From: an uncultured Thermococci archaeon
Lineage (GTDB): Archaea; Methanobacteriota_B; Thermococci; Thermococcales; Thermococcaceae
Reading direction: 5' to 3'
Assembly: GCA_964615185.1 (NCBI GenBank)
Contig: CAZTOS010000060.1
Location: 1-14,409, forward strand
Length of the DNA: 14,409 nt
Both the position numbers and the translations under genes were made by a program. Shown piece by piece: positions 7,231-14,409 of this stretch (positions within the stretch are counted from its first letter, which is position 1; each line of letters starts with the position of its first letter). The notes under the pieces were generated by a model. The model saw only the letters and a program-made list of their open reading frames with translations. It ran no database searches and was not told the DNA's origin.

Positions 7231-7261
7231 TGAAAAACTTTTCTATATTAGGGGGATAGGT

Positions 7262-7996
7262 GTGGAGCTTCTTAAAACGGGAATAGAAAAACTTGATGAG
7301 GCAATTGGCGGGGGCTTGCTTGAAGACAGCAACATGTTGATAATCTATGACACTTATTCCGTGGGATGGTCATTGGGAGTTAAGATTTTGCAGAACAGGA
7401 TAAAACAGGGAGATTTTGGAGTCATAGTAAACTCCGTCCTACCTGTGTCTTCTCTCTCAATGGAATTTAAAATTGCAAGTTTTGAATTAGAAAAAATAGC
7501 TAAAGAAGGCAATTTGGGTATAATCGATATATTTGCCTCTTTTAACAGAATACAATATGATGATCCGTTCATTTACTACACTGATATGGATACCTCAACG
7601 TTTCTGCCTAAATTCGCAACTATGTACAGGAAGATGCTTGGTGAAATGATCAGAGACAAGCGACCTATTGGCCTCACCGTTACTATGGACGGCTTCGCGT
7701 TCCTTTTAGGGGAGGAACAGTACATTAAAATACTCCAAAGGAACTTGGCCATAAAAGAAACTGCAAGAATTAAAGAGAGCAGAAAAAGGCCATTAAACAT
7801 ACTTCTGCTGAATAGGGACAGAGTTTCAAAGAGATACATCTCATGGTTAGCTCTATATAGCCAGTATATTGTCGAATTCTACTCCTTGGAAGAGGGAAAC
7901 GAAGAAAAAATGGTCGTTAGGAAATCCCCCCTCCCAGAATTTGAACCCAAAACATATAAATTTAGACTGAAAAAGGATGAAGTGTTAATACTTTAA
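7262..7996 (+). CDS. KaiC/RAD55-like RecA-superfamily protein with degenerate Walker A
   Basis: N-terminal KTGIEKLDEAIGGGL signature, Walker B-like VTMDG and C-terminal VVRKSP. The P-loop position reads YDTYSVGWS. Confidence 0.8.
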   Translation: MELLKTGIEKLDEAIGGGLLEDSNMLIIYDTYSVGWSLGVKILQNRIKQGDFGVIVNSVLPVSSLSMEFKIASFELEKIAKEGNLGIIDIFASFNRIQYDDPFIYYTDMDTSTFLPKFATMYRKMLGEMIRDKRPIGLTVTMDGFAFLLGEEQYIKILQRNLAIKETARIKESRKRPLNILLLNRDRVSKRYISWLALYSQYIVEFYSLEEGNEEKMVVRKSPLPEFEPKTYKFRLKKDEVLIL

Positions 7997-8514
7997 ATTT
8001 CAGCTTTTCTGAGTTCCAATGCCAATTTTACAGCGTCTCTTGGATTATTTACAAACTGAACTTTTACAATTCTTTTATGGTCAAAGTAACCATCTCTGGC
8101 TAATAATTTAAGCCTATCACTTGCATATCCGGTATCCGTAACAACGACCAGGGGAATGCCATAGTCATATGCCATTAAGGCTTCGACCATAGTGCCGATA
8201 CCGCCTCCTAAAACCACCAAAACATCTGCAGAGTTTATCATTATGGCGCTTCTCTCTGCAAAGTCCATTCCAGTTTTTATTCTTATTGTGTTAAACTCAT
8301 TGCCTTCTTGTCTCTCTGGAAGTATTCCAACTACAACCCCTCCGGCTTTTCTGAATTCTTCGCTGACAATCTTCATGATTCCACCTCTACCTCCAGTCAA
8401 AAGGATAACTTTATCTTTATACTTCCCAAGCTCCCTTGCAAACTCTCTTGCTTTTCTCTCTGCTTTTTCCAATGGTTTCTCATCACTTGAGCCCGCTATT
8501 GCTATTTGAATCAT
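7993..8514 (-). CDS. LOG/SLOG-family Rossmann-fold nucleotide-binding protein (TIGR00725-like)
   Basis: IAIAGSS, LTGGRGGIM, VVGILP, ERS and GGGIGTMVEAL motifs. Starts 4 nt after the protease stop, with SD GGTGA. Confidence 0.88.
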   Translation of the reverse strand: MIQIAIAGSSDEKPLEKAERKAREFARELGKYKDKVILLTGGRGGIMKIVSEEFRKAGGVVVGILPERQEGNEFNTIRIKTGMDFAERSAIMINSADVLVVLGGGIGTMVEALMAYDYGIPLVVVTDTGYASDRLKLLARDGYFDHKRIVKVQFVNNPRDAVKLALELRKAEI

Positions 8515-8518
8515 AGGA

Positions 8519-9649
8519 TCACCCTATCAAATTCCTTATGGCGGGAATTAGGTTTATTGCAAGCAGTAAAACTCCAATACCAATGAAAGCAAAGCTTATT
8601 GGCTTTGCAACCTTCTCAGGGAGATACTCTTTTAGTGTTTCATCAAGCATTCTACCGCCATCAAGGGGTATTAACGGGAAGAGATTCATCAGACCGATTC
8701 CGAGGTTTAGGATGTATATCCAATACAGAGAAAAGGCTAATGGTAGAACGATTCCTTCATGTCCTATTGTTGATACTATATGCTGGGAGGGGTAGACTCC
8801 TAAATACCCTCTTCCTGGGTTGTTTGGGTTTTCTCTGAGAGGTATTTTAACGGTAATTTTCTCATCATTTCGCAAAACTTCCAGTGTTATGAGTTGTCCA
8901 GGCTTTGTTGTGTTCATGAAGTTTAAGAAATCTTCAACAGTCTTTATTTGATGTCCGTCTATTCCAATTATTATGTCTCCTTCGTGGAGATAGTTTATGG
9001 CTGGACCTTTTGGATCAAATTGGACTATTTCAACACCCGCTGGCTGGAGGACTGGGGATAGAGCATAATTAAGGAGCATGAGAGCAAGCAGAGCAGTAAC
9101 AATATTAGCCATTGAACCAGCAGCATAGACTCTGAGTCTTTTAAGGAGTGGAACTTTTTTTAGTTCCTCTTCATCCGGCTCAACAAAAGCTCCGGGAATT
9201 ACAAAGAACAGCACAAGTCCAACAGATTTTAAAGGCAGATCTTCAGCTCTCGCAACAACTCCATGGCTCAATTCATGGACAACCAAAACAACAATTAAGC
9301 CGATTAGGCCATATGACAAGGGTACTGTAACACCGGGAATCACAAGCTGAACTCCGGCAACTTGAGCTTTGGCTTTTATTGCAATAAGGGCGGATTTTAT
9401 CAGCATATAAAATACAAAGGCCATCCCACCAAAGCCCACGATAATTCCAATCGTTCCATAAGCTTTCCAGAAACGCTTATACTTTTGAGCAACCTTATCT
9501 ATGAATCCAAGAAGCTTTTTTGTACGCCACATTATCACAAATATGTCAACTGCTAAGCCTTCCTCCTCATCTTCTTCTTTTCTTCCAAAGAGGGCATAAA
9601 GGATTCCCCAGAATACAAGGATGATAATAAGGACTGTCCAAAGATTCAT
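8519..9649 (-). CDS. Site-2 protease (M50 intramembrane zinc metalloprotease) with PDZ domain
   Basis: HELSH (HExxH), GAFVEPD, NLFPLIPLDGG, and a PDZ-like LHEGDIIIGIDG segment. Start reassigned to ATG 9649 after SD GAGGTG (9656-9661). Confidence 0.93.
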   Translation of the reverse strand: MNLWTVLIIILVFWGILYALFGRKEEDEEEGLAVDIFVIMWRTKKLLGFIDKVAQKYKRFWKAYGTIGIIVGFGGMAFVFYMLIKSALIAIKAKAQVAGVQLVIPGVTVPLSYGLIGLIVVLVVHELSHGVVARAEDLPLKSVGLVLFFVIPGAFVEPDEEELKKVPLLKRLRVYAAGSMANIVTALLALMLLNYALSPVLQPAGVEIVQFDPKGPAINYLHEGDIIIGIDGHQIKTVEDFLNFMNTTKPGQLITLEVLRNDEKITVKIPLRENPNNPGRGYLGVYPSQHIVSTIGHEGIVLPLAFSLYWIYILNLGIGLMNLFPLIPLDGGRMLDETLKEYLPEKVAKPISFAFIGIGVLLLAINLIPAIRNLIG

Positions 9650-9684
9650 TTTTAGCACCTCTTTAACCACACTCTTTTGACCCC

Positions 9685-9696
9685 TTTATAAAGTTT
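9685..9696 (-). promoter_or_regulatory. BRE/TATA promoter for the protease-LOG pair
   Basis: Minus strand AAAC-TTTATAAA, with the TATA element 36-43 nt upstream of ATG 9649. Confidence 0.6.
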
Positions 9697-9780
9697 AAGA
9701 ATTCTCTAACCTTCAAAGTTTATGTCTGTGTTATCTAATGTTTCTGAGAAGTATTAAGAAAAGTTAGGCGCAAAGATTGT

Positions 9781-11127
9781 TTATATCACTCGTCCAACGC
9801 GATAGTAAACGAATCCAAATTTTTCAACTTTCTCTGGCTCTAAAATATTTCTACCGTCAATGATAACCTTGTTCCTAACTTGCCCAGCAATCTCACTTAA
9901 ATCCAACTCCTTGAACTCTCTATGATCAGTTACTATGATTATTGCGTCTATGTTTTTGAAGTCTTCTTTCCATTCTGCTCCGAAGCGTTTTGCGTCCTCT
10001 GGAGTGCATAATGGATCGTAAGCGTAAACTTTAGCCCCCCATTCTTTGAGTTCTTTGATCATTGGAATTGCTGGACTCTTCATGAATTCTCTAACGCCGC
10101 CTCTAAAGGTTAAGCCCAGGACTAAAACATTACTGCCCTTCAGTGATTTTCCAACCTCATTCAAGCCTTTAATAGTTAACTCAACCACATGATGCGGCAT
10201 TGAATCATTAATCTCCCTGGCCGTTTTAATAAGCCGTGGATTCGTCTTTTTAGCGAGATTTATAACGAACCATGGATAGTAGGGAATGCAATGGCCTCCC
10301 ACGCCCGCCCCAGGCATGTGCAAGTAACAGTAGGGCTGAGTATTTGCCGCCTTGAAAACTTCCAGGGCATCCAGGCCATGCTCCTCACACCATAATGCCA
10401 ATTCATTAGATAGGGCAATGTTAACGTCCCTGTAAACTCCTTCAAAGACTTTTACAGCCTCAGCCGCTTTTATAGAACTCATTGGAATTACACCCTTCTT
10501 GTTTATTGTCTCATAAATGCCAATGACTGCTTCCAAGGTTTTCTCGTCGCTTGCTCCGACTATTTTGGGGTACTGCCCGGTGATGTCTCTAATTGCAGTT
10601 CCGGTCATGGTTCGCTCGGGAGCGTGAGCAAGGCCAAACTCGCCAAGCTTTAAGCCAGATTTTTCAAGAATTGGAGTCAAGCTTTCCGTCGTCCCGGGGG
10701 GCATTGTTGCTTCTGTAATTACAATATCCCCCTTTTCCAAGCCTCTTGCAATTTTGTGAGCGACCTCATAAACGGGATCAAGCTTTAAGTTCCCTTTCTC
10801 ATCCGCCAGCGTGGGGACGATAATAATCATGACATCAGCTTGCTTTGCCGCCCAAGCACCATCAGTCGTAGCTCTTAACCGCCCCTCTTCAACATTTCTC
10901 TTAACCAGCTCGTCCAGACCAGGTTCTTCCTTAACGTGATTCTCTCCCATATTTACCATTTCAACAACTTTCTCGTTAATATCAACACCAATCACATTAG
11001 CACCATGATCAGCAAAAACAGCCGCTAAGGGGAGACCCATCTTACCCAAACCATAAACAGCAACCGTAACCTTTCCCTCCCTGAAAACCCGCTTAACCTC
11101 ATCCCTGCTAAGCCCTATTAATTTCAT
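9781..11127 (-). CDS. wbpA: UDP-N-acetylhexosamine 6-dehydrogenase (WbpA/WecC family)
   Basis: Rossmann VYGLGKMGLP, PER, KVFEGVYRDVNIAL and catalytic GVGGHCIP motifs. Context with wbpB/E/D homologs; ATGA overlap with the upstream gene. Confidence 0.88.
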   Translation of the reverse strand: MKLIGLSRDEVKRVFREGKVTVAVYGLGKMGLPLAAVFADHGANVIGVDINEKVVEMVNMGENHVKEEPGLDELVKRNVEEGRLRATTDGAWAAKQADVMIIIVPTLADEKGNLKLDPVYEVAHKIARGLEKGDIVITEATMPPGTTESLTPILEKSGLKLGEFGLAHAPERTMTGTAIRDITGQYPKIVGASDEKTLEAVIGIYETINKKGVIPMSSIKAAEAVKVFEGVYRDVNIALSNELALWCEEHGLDALEVFKAANTQPYCYLHMPGAGVGGHCIPYYPWFVINLAKKTNPRLIKTAREINDSMPHHVVELTIKGLNEVGKSLKGSNVLVLGLTFRGGVREFMKSPAIPMIKELKEWGAKVYAYDPLCTPEDAKRFGAEWKEDFKNIDAIIIVTDHREFKELDLSEIAGQVRNKVIIDGRNILEPEKVEKFGFVYYRVGRVI

Positions 11128-12074
11128 TCTTTCACCTCCATGACCCTTCCAGTCCTGGCACTCTCTTGAGCTAAAAGTCCAACTTTTAAAGCATGAAGTC
11201 CCGCATAGCCATCAATGAGAGGTGTTTTCTTCTTCTCCACACACTCTATGAAATGCTCCAGCTCGTTTCTAAGGGGCTCTCTCTTGTTTATTTTGGCCTC
11301 TTTAACCCATTCATCATTAAAGAGCTTAAGCCTCTGTTCTATGTAGTCCATGTAAGCTATTCCGCCAGTTCCGACTACAGTTAAGGTTCTCGTTTTGTGA
11401 GGTGTAAGCCAGTTAGTCTCCACTATTCCACTACCATCCTCAAAGCCAAGGGTTATCAAAGCGTGATCTTCAACGCCAGCAGGATGAACAACATTTCCAG
11501 CTCTCGCATAGACTGTCCTTACAGGCTCTCCAAAGAGGTAGCTTATCACATCTATGTCATGAACGCCAAGATCAATTATGATTCCAACGTCTCTTATCCT
11601 TGCAGCCATAGGCCCAACACGTTTTGCACTTATCGTTACGAGCTTACCAAGCTCGCCTCTCTCTATAAGCTCTTTGAGTTTTAGAACGGCTGGGTTAAAC
11701 CTTTCAATATGACCAACCATTAGAATTACGTCACTCTCTTCAGCAGCTTTTATTATAGCCTCAGCGTTCTCTATGCTATCTGCGATTGGTTTCTCCACTA
11801 AAACATTAATGCCCCTATCTATAAACTCTAATGCAACTTGTCGATGAAGACTTGTTGGTACAACTATGCTCACAGCATCAAGACTCTCTTTAGCGAGCTC
11901 CTTATAATCTGGATAGGGTGTCGTGTTAAAACGTCTCGCTATCTCTTTTGCCCTCTCAAAGTTTATGTCAGCAATTCCAACGAGCTCAACCCTTCCTTCT
12001 TTTGCTAATTCTGAATAGACTCTTACATGATGTTGACCCATCATTCCGACGCCTACAACGCCAACACGGAGCAT
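11124..12074 (-). CDS. wbpB: Gfo/Idh/MocA oxidoreductase, UDP-GlcNAc(A) 3-dehydrogenase (WbpB-like)
   Basis: GVGMMG, VLVEKP, VGHIERFNPA and DLGVHDID motifs. Start reassigned to ATG 12074 after SD GGTGA (12080-12084). Confidence 0.88.
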   Translation of the reverse strand: MLRVGVVGVGMMGQHHVRVYSELAKEGRVELVGIADINFERAKEIARRFNTTPYPDYKELAKESLDAVSIVVPTSLHRQVALEFIDRGINVLVEKPIADSIENAEAIIKAAEESDVILMVGHIERFNPAVLKLKELIERGELGKLVTISAKRVGPMAARIRDVGIIIDLGVHDIDVISYLFGEPVRTVYARAGNVVHPAGVEDHALITLGFEDGSGIVETNWLTPHKTRTLTVVGTGGIAYMDYIEQRLKLFNDEWVKEAKINKREPLRNELEHFIECVEKKKTPLIDGYAGLHALKVGLLAQESARTGRVMEVKE

Positions 12075-12075
12075 T

Positions 12076-12513
12076 TTAATCACCCAATGCTTTTTTGACT
12101 TTGCTGAATTCATCAATTAAATAGAATGCTTTTACTCCAAATTTTCGAGCACTTTCAACTTGAAATTTGTCGTTGGAGATAAGAAAAGCATTTCTGACGT
12201 TTGCAGTACCAATATAGAATGAATCAATTGCTCTGCAACCAGTTTTAAGAGCTATATCGAATGATATCTCCCATAACTTCAATGTTTCAATGAATTCGAT
12301 GTTCTCAATTAACAATTCATAGAGCATGAGTGCTTCATCACGCTTAAGCCTTCTAACTAGCTGGCCTATTAACTCAATTTTGAAGATTTCTGGCTCGAAA
12401 ATTTGAATGTTGTTATCTTGAATGAGTCTGAAAAGTTCCTTTGCTTTTTTATTCCTATCTTCGTTAAAATTAAAGAGGGCATCTATGAAAACTGAAGTGT
12501 CAACTACAATCAT
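12076..12513 (-). CDS. vapC: PIN-domain toxin (VapC ribonuclease)
   Basis: 145 aa with PIN acidic residues in [19 protein letters not shown] and ISND. ATGA overlap with the small upstream gene. Confidence 0.9.
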   Translation of the reverse strand: MIVVDTSVFIDALFNFNEDRNKKAKELFRLIQDNNIQIFEPEIFKIELIGQLVRRLKRDEALMLYELLIENIEFIETLKLWEISFDIALKTGCRAIDSFYIGTANVRNAFLISNDKFQVESARKFGVKAFYLIDEFSKVKKALGD

Positions 12514-12703
12514 CTTCTTTCCTCCAAGAATTCCCTTAAGACATCTTTGTCAACTTTTCTGCTGAATTTCTCTATTATGTCAGCTATTCCAAGGCTTATG
12601 ATAACCTTTCCCTTAACCCCCTCCTTTAAATGAACTTTTTTTAACGGCTTGAACACACCGTTCTCATACACAACCTCAATTTCCTCCACATCACTCACCC
12701 GAT
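12080..12703. repeat. Imperfect 9-bp direct repeat TCACCC(A/G)AT flanking vapBC
   Basis: TCACCCAAT at 12080-12088 and TCACCCGAT at 12695-12703. Confidence 0.45.
12510..12689 (-). CDS. vapB: Antitoxin, AF2212/DUF104 family (VapB)
   Basis: [13 protein letters not shown]...LKEG signature, directly upstream of the PIN gene. GTG 12689 lies 5 nt after SD GGGTGA; GTG 12698 is an alternative start. Confidence 0.85.
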   Translation of the reverse strand: MEEIEVVYENGVFKPLKKVHLKEGVKGKVIISLGIADIIEKFSRKVDKDVLREFLEERR

Positions 12704-13797
12704 ATTTCTTTGAGGGTTTGAATTATATAAGTGATGTCTTCTCTGCTCACTGCTGGGTGAACTGGGAGGCTGAGGACTTTCTTACTGGCTTCTATGGCGT
12801 TTGGACAAATATCCTTTGGATAGCTGAGTTTCTGGTAGAGCGGTTGCCAGTGGATGGGCATTGGGTAGTGAATTCCTGTCCCAATGCCTTTTTCCCTAAG
12901 CTTTTCGGCCAACTCATCCCTGCTGAGTGGAAACTCCTCTTCAACTCTAATCACGTACTGGTGGAAGACGTGTTTGACTCTGGGGTCAACGTATGGTGGA
13001 GTTAACCCCTTAATCTTGCTTATTCCCTCTGTTAGCAATTTAGCATTTTCTATGCGCTTAGCATTCCACTCGTCGAGTTTTTTCAGCTGGACTCTTCCAA
13101 TAGCGGCAGCAATGTTAGTCATTCTTAAATTGTACCCGAGTTCTTCGTGATAGTATTTCTTTGTTTGCCCGTGATTTCGGATTAAGTCAGCCCTCCTCGC
13201 TAGTTCGTCATTGTTTGTAACTATTATTCCGCCCTCGCCAGTGGTCATGTTTTTTGTTGGGTAAAAGCTGAATGTGGCAATGTCACCAAAAGTGCCAACC
13301 TTTTGATCTTCAAACTCGGCACCGTGAGCTTGAGCACAATCCTCAACGAGGTAAAGCTTGTAATCCTCGGCAATTTCCTTGAAAGCCTTCATCTCAGCAG
13401 GTTGTCCATAGAGATGAACCACAAGAATTGCTCTCGTTTTATTGTTAATTTTCCCCAAAACGTCATTGGGATCAAGGTTGAATGTTTTTGGATTAATGTC
13501 AGCAAAAACGGGCTTTGCTCCCTGGAATAAGATACAATTCGCTGAGGCAATGAAAGTGAATGGTGTGGTTATGACTTCATCCCCCGGTTTTATCTTGAGG
13601 GCTTTTAATGCTACATCCAAGGCTGCAGTTCCGTTGCAAACTGCTATCCCATGCTTTGCACCCAAGTACTCGGCGAACTCTTTTTCAAAAGCCTCAACTT
13701 CTTTTCCACTTGCAAGCATTCCGCTCTTCAAAACCTCAACAACAGCATTAATCTCCTCATCCCCAATCAAAGGCTTGGCAATTGGGATTTGTCTCAT
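12691..13797 (-). CDS. wbpE: DegT/DnrJ/EryC1/StrS PLP-dependent sugar aminotransferase (WbpE-like)
   Basis: [36 protein letters not shown] (PLP lysine) and GYNLRM motifs. Confidence 0.92.
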   Translation of the reverse strand: MRQIPIAKPLIGDEEINAVVEVLKSGMLASGKEVEAFEKEFAEYLGAKHGIAVCNGTAALDVALKALKIKPGDEVITTPFTFIASANCILFQGAKPVFADINPKTFNLDPNDVLGKINNKTRAILVVHLYGQPAEMKAFKEIAEDYKLYLVEDCAQAHGAEFEDQKVGTFGDIATFSFYPTKNMTTGEGGIIVTNNDELARRADLIRNHGQTKKYYHEELGYNLRMTNIAAAIGRVQLKKLDEWNAKRIENAKLLTEGISKIKGLTPPYVDPRVKHVFHQYVIRVEEEFPLSRDELAEKLREKGIGTGIHYPMPIHWQPLYQKLSYPKDICPNAIEASKKVLSLPVHPAVSREDITYIIQTLKEISGE

Positions 13798-13807
13798 TTT
13801 AATCGCC

Positions 13808-14409
13808 TCATAAGTCTTTTTCTTTTAAGTATCGTTCGTAATCTTCTTTTCTGATTTTGACTTCTCTTCCACAGTGAGAGCATTTGAAGATTATGTGGTT
13901 TTCATCTTCACTAATTTTCTCTTTTAGTTTTCTGCCACAATAACAGACGAATCCCTTTAATCTTGCGGGGTTGCCGTAGACTAGGCCGAAGGGTGGCACG
14001 TCTTTTGTGACAACGGCTCCAGCCCCAATCATTGCATACTCGCCAATGGTTACGCCGCAAACTATTGTTGCGTGAGCTCCAATGCTTGCGCCCTTCTTTA
14101 CGAGAGTTGGCACTAACTCCCAATCCTCGTTAAAGGCTCTTGGGTATAAGTCGTTTGTAAACGTCATGTGCGGGCCGAGGAAAACATCATCCTCAACCTT
14201 TACTCCCCGATAAACGCTTACTCCATTCTGGATTTTCACATTATTTCCGATTTCCACCCCAACGTCAATGTAAACGTCCTTCCCAATATTGCAGTTTTTC
14301 CCGATTTTAGCGCCTTTCCTTACGTGCGCAAAATGCCAAACCCTCGTCCCCTCACCAATCTCAACCCCATCCTCCACAACAGCAGTAGGATGAACGAAAT
14401 ATTTTTGAG
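13808..14409 (-). CDS. wbpD: Hexapeptide-repeat sugar N-acetyltransferase (WbpD-like), 5' end outside the window
   Basis: Frame is open to the window edge (...[26 protein letters not shown]). Contains [18 protein letters not shown] and GNPAR motifs and left-handed beta-helix repeats. Confidence 0.9.
   Translation of the reverse strand, partial: QKYFVHPTAVVEDGVEIGEGTRVWHFAHVRKGAKIGKNCNIGKDVYIDVGVEIGNNVKIQNGVSVYRGVKVEDDVFLGPHMTFTNDLYPRAFNEDWELVPTLVKKGASIGAHATIVCGVTIGEYAMIGAGAVVTKDVPPFGLVYGNPARLKGFVCYCGRKLKEKISEDENHIIFKCSHCGREVKIRKEDYERYLKEKDL

Noticed and set aside
7201..7243. Three AAAACT copies and a GAAAA-AC-TTTTC inverted repeat in the divergent intergenic region
   Set aside because: Low-complexity AT-rich promoter sequence. 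Too short and irregular to call a CRISPR remnant or operator.
4300..9556. Short alternative-frame or antisense ORFs (e.g. 4300-4707, 4878-5075, 5233-5496, 6645-6926, 7354-7572, 7576-7839, 8192-8509, 8538-8838 region, 9148-9556 region)
   Set aside because: They lie within or opposite better-supported genes and have no recognisable domains or initiation signals.
9697..9780. Possible ncRNA or terminator between wbpA and the protease promoter
   Set aside because: AT-rich with no stable stem or C/D box pair recognised, and only a weak T-rich tract on the minus strand.
12075..12116. Longer start for wbpB ([14 protein letters not shown])
   Set aside because: It overlaps vapC. ATG 12074 has an SD and starts at the first Rossmann strand.
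10260..14123. Short nested ORFs across the sugar operon (e.g. 11397-11684, 12649-13005, 13442-13813)
   Set aside because: They are antisense or frame shadows of conserved enzymes.

Overview
Gene-dense archaeal chromosomal DNA. It is most likely Thermococcales, inferred from the GGTGA/GGAGGTG Shine-Dalgarno motifs, TATA promoters, Lys/Glu-rich proteins and gene families. Left to right: a DUF460-family protein; a two-gene type II restriction-modification cassette (divergent PD-(D/E)xK endonuclease plus beta-class SPPY methyltransferase); a membrane protein and winged-HTH regulator pair; a small 2-TM ORF and an AmmeMemoRadiSam-like radical SAM enzyme; an NcsA/Ctu1-type tRNA thiolase; a KaiC/RAD55-like protein with a degenerate Walker A; a site-2 protease and LOG-family pair; and a wbpD-wbpE-wbpB-wbpA-like operon for a di-N-acetylated uronic acid sugar, interrupted by a vapBC toxin-antitoxin pair. 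The most notable observations are: (i) both accessory cassettes (R-M and vapBC) are bounded by 8/9-bp direct repeats whose removal regenerates intact flanking genes; (ii) a perfect 14-bp palindrome covers the endonuclease ribosome-binding site; (iii) DUF460 seems to have two RNase H-like domains separated by a release-factor-like GGWSQxRYxR motif; (iv) the tRNA thiolase has Leu in place of the usual His in its GHNxDD motif. No RNA genes, CRISPR arrays or transposases were recognised. All family calls come from motif recognition by eye, not database searches.
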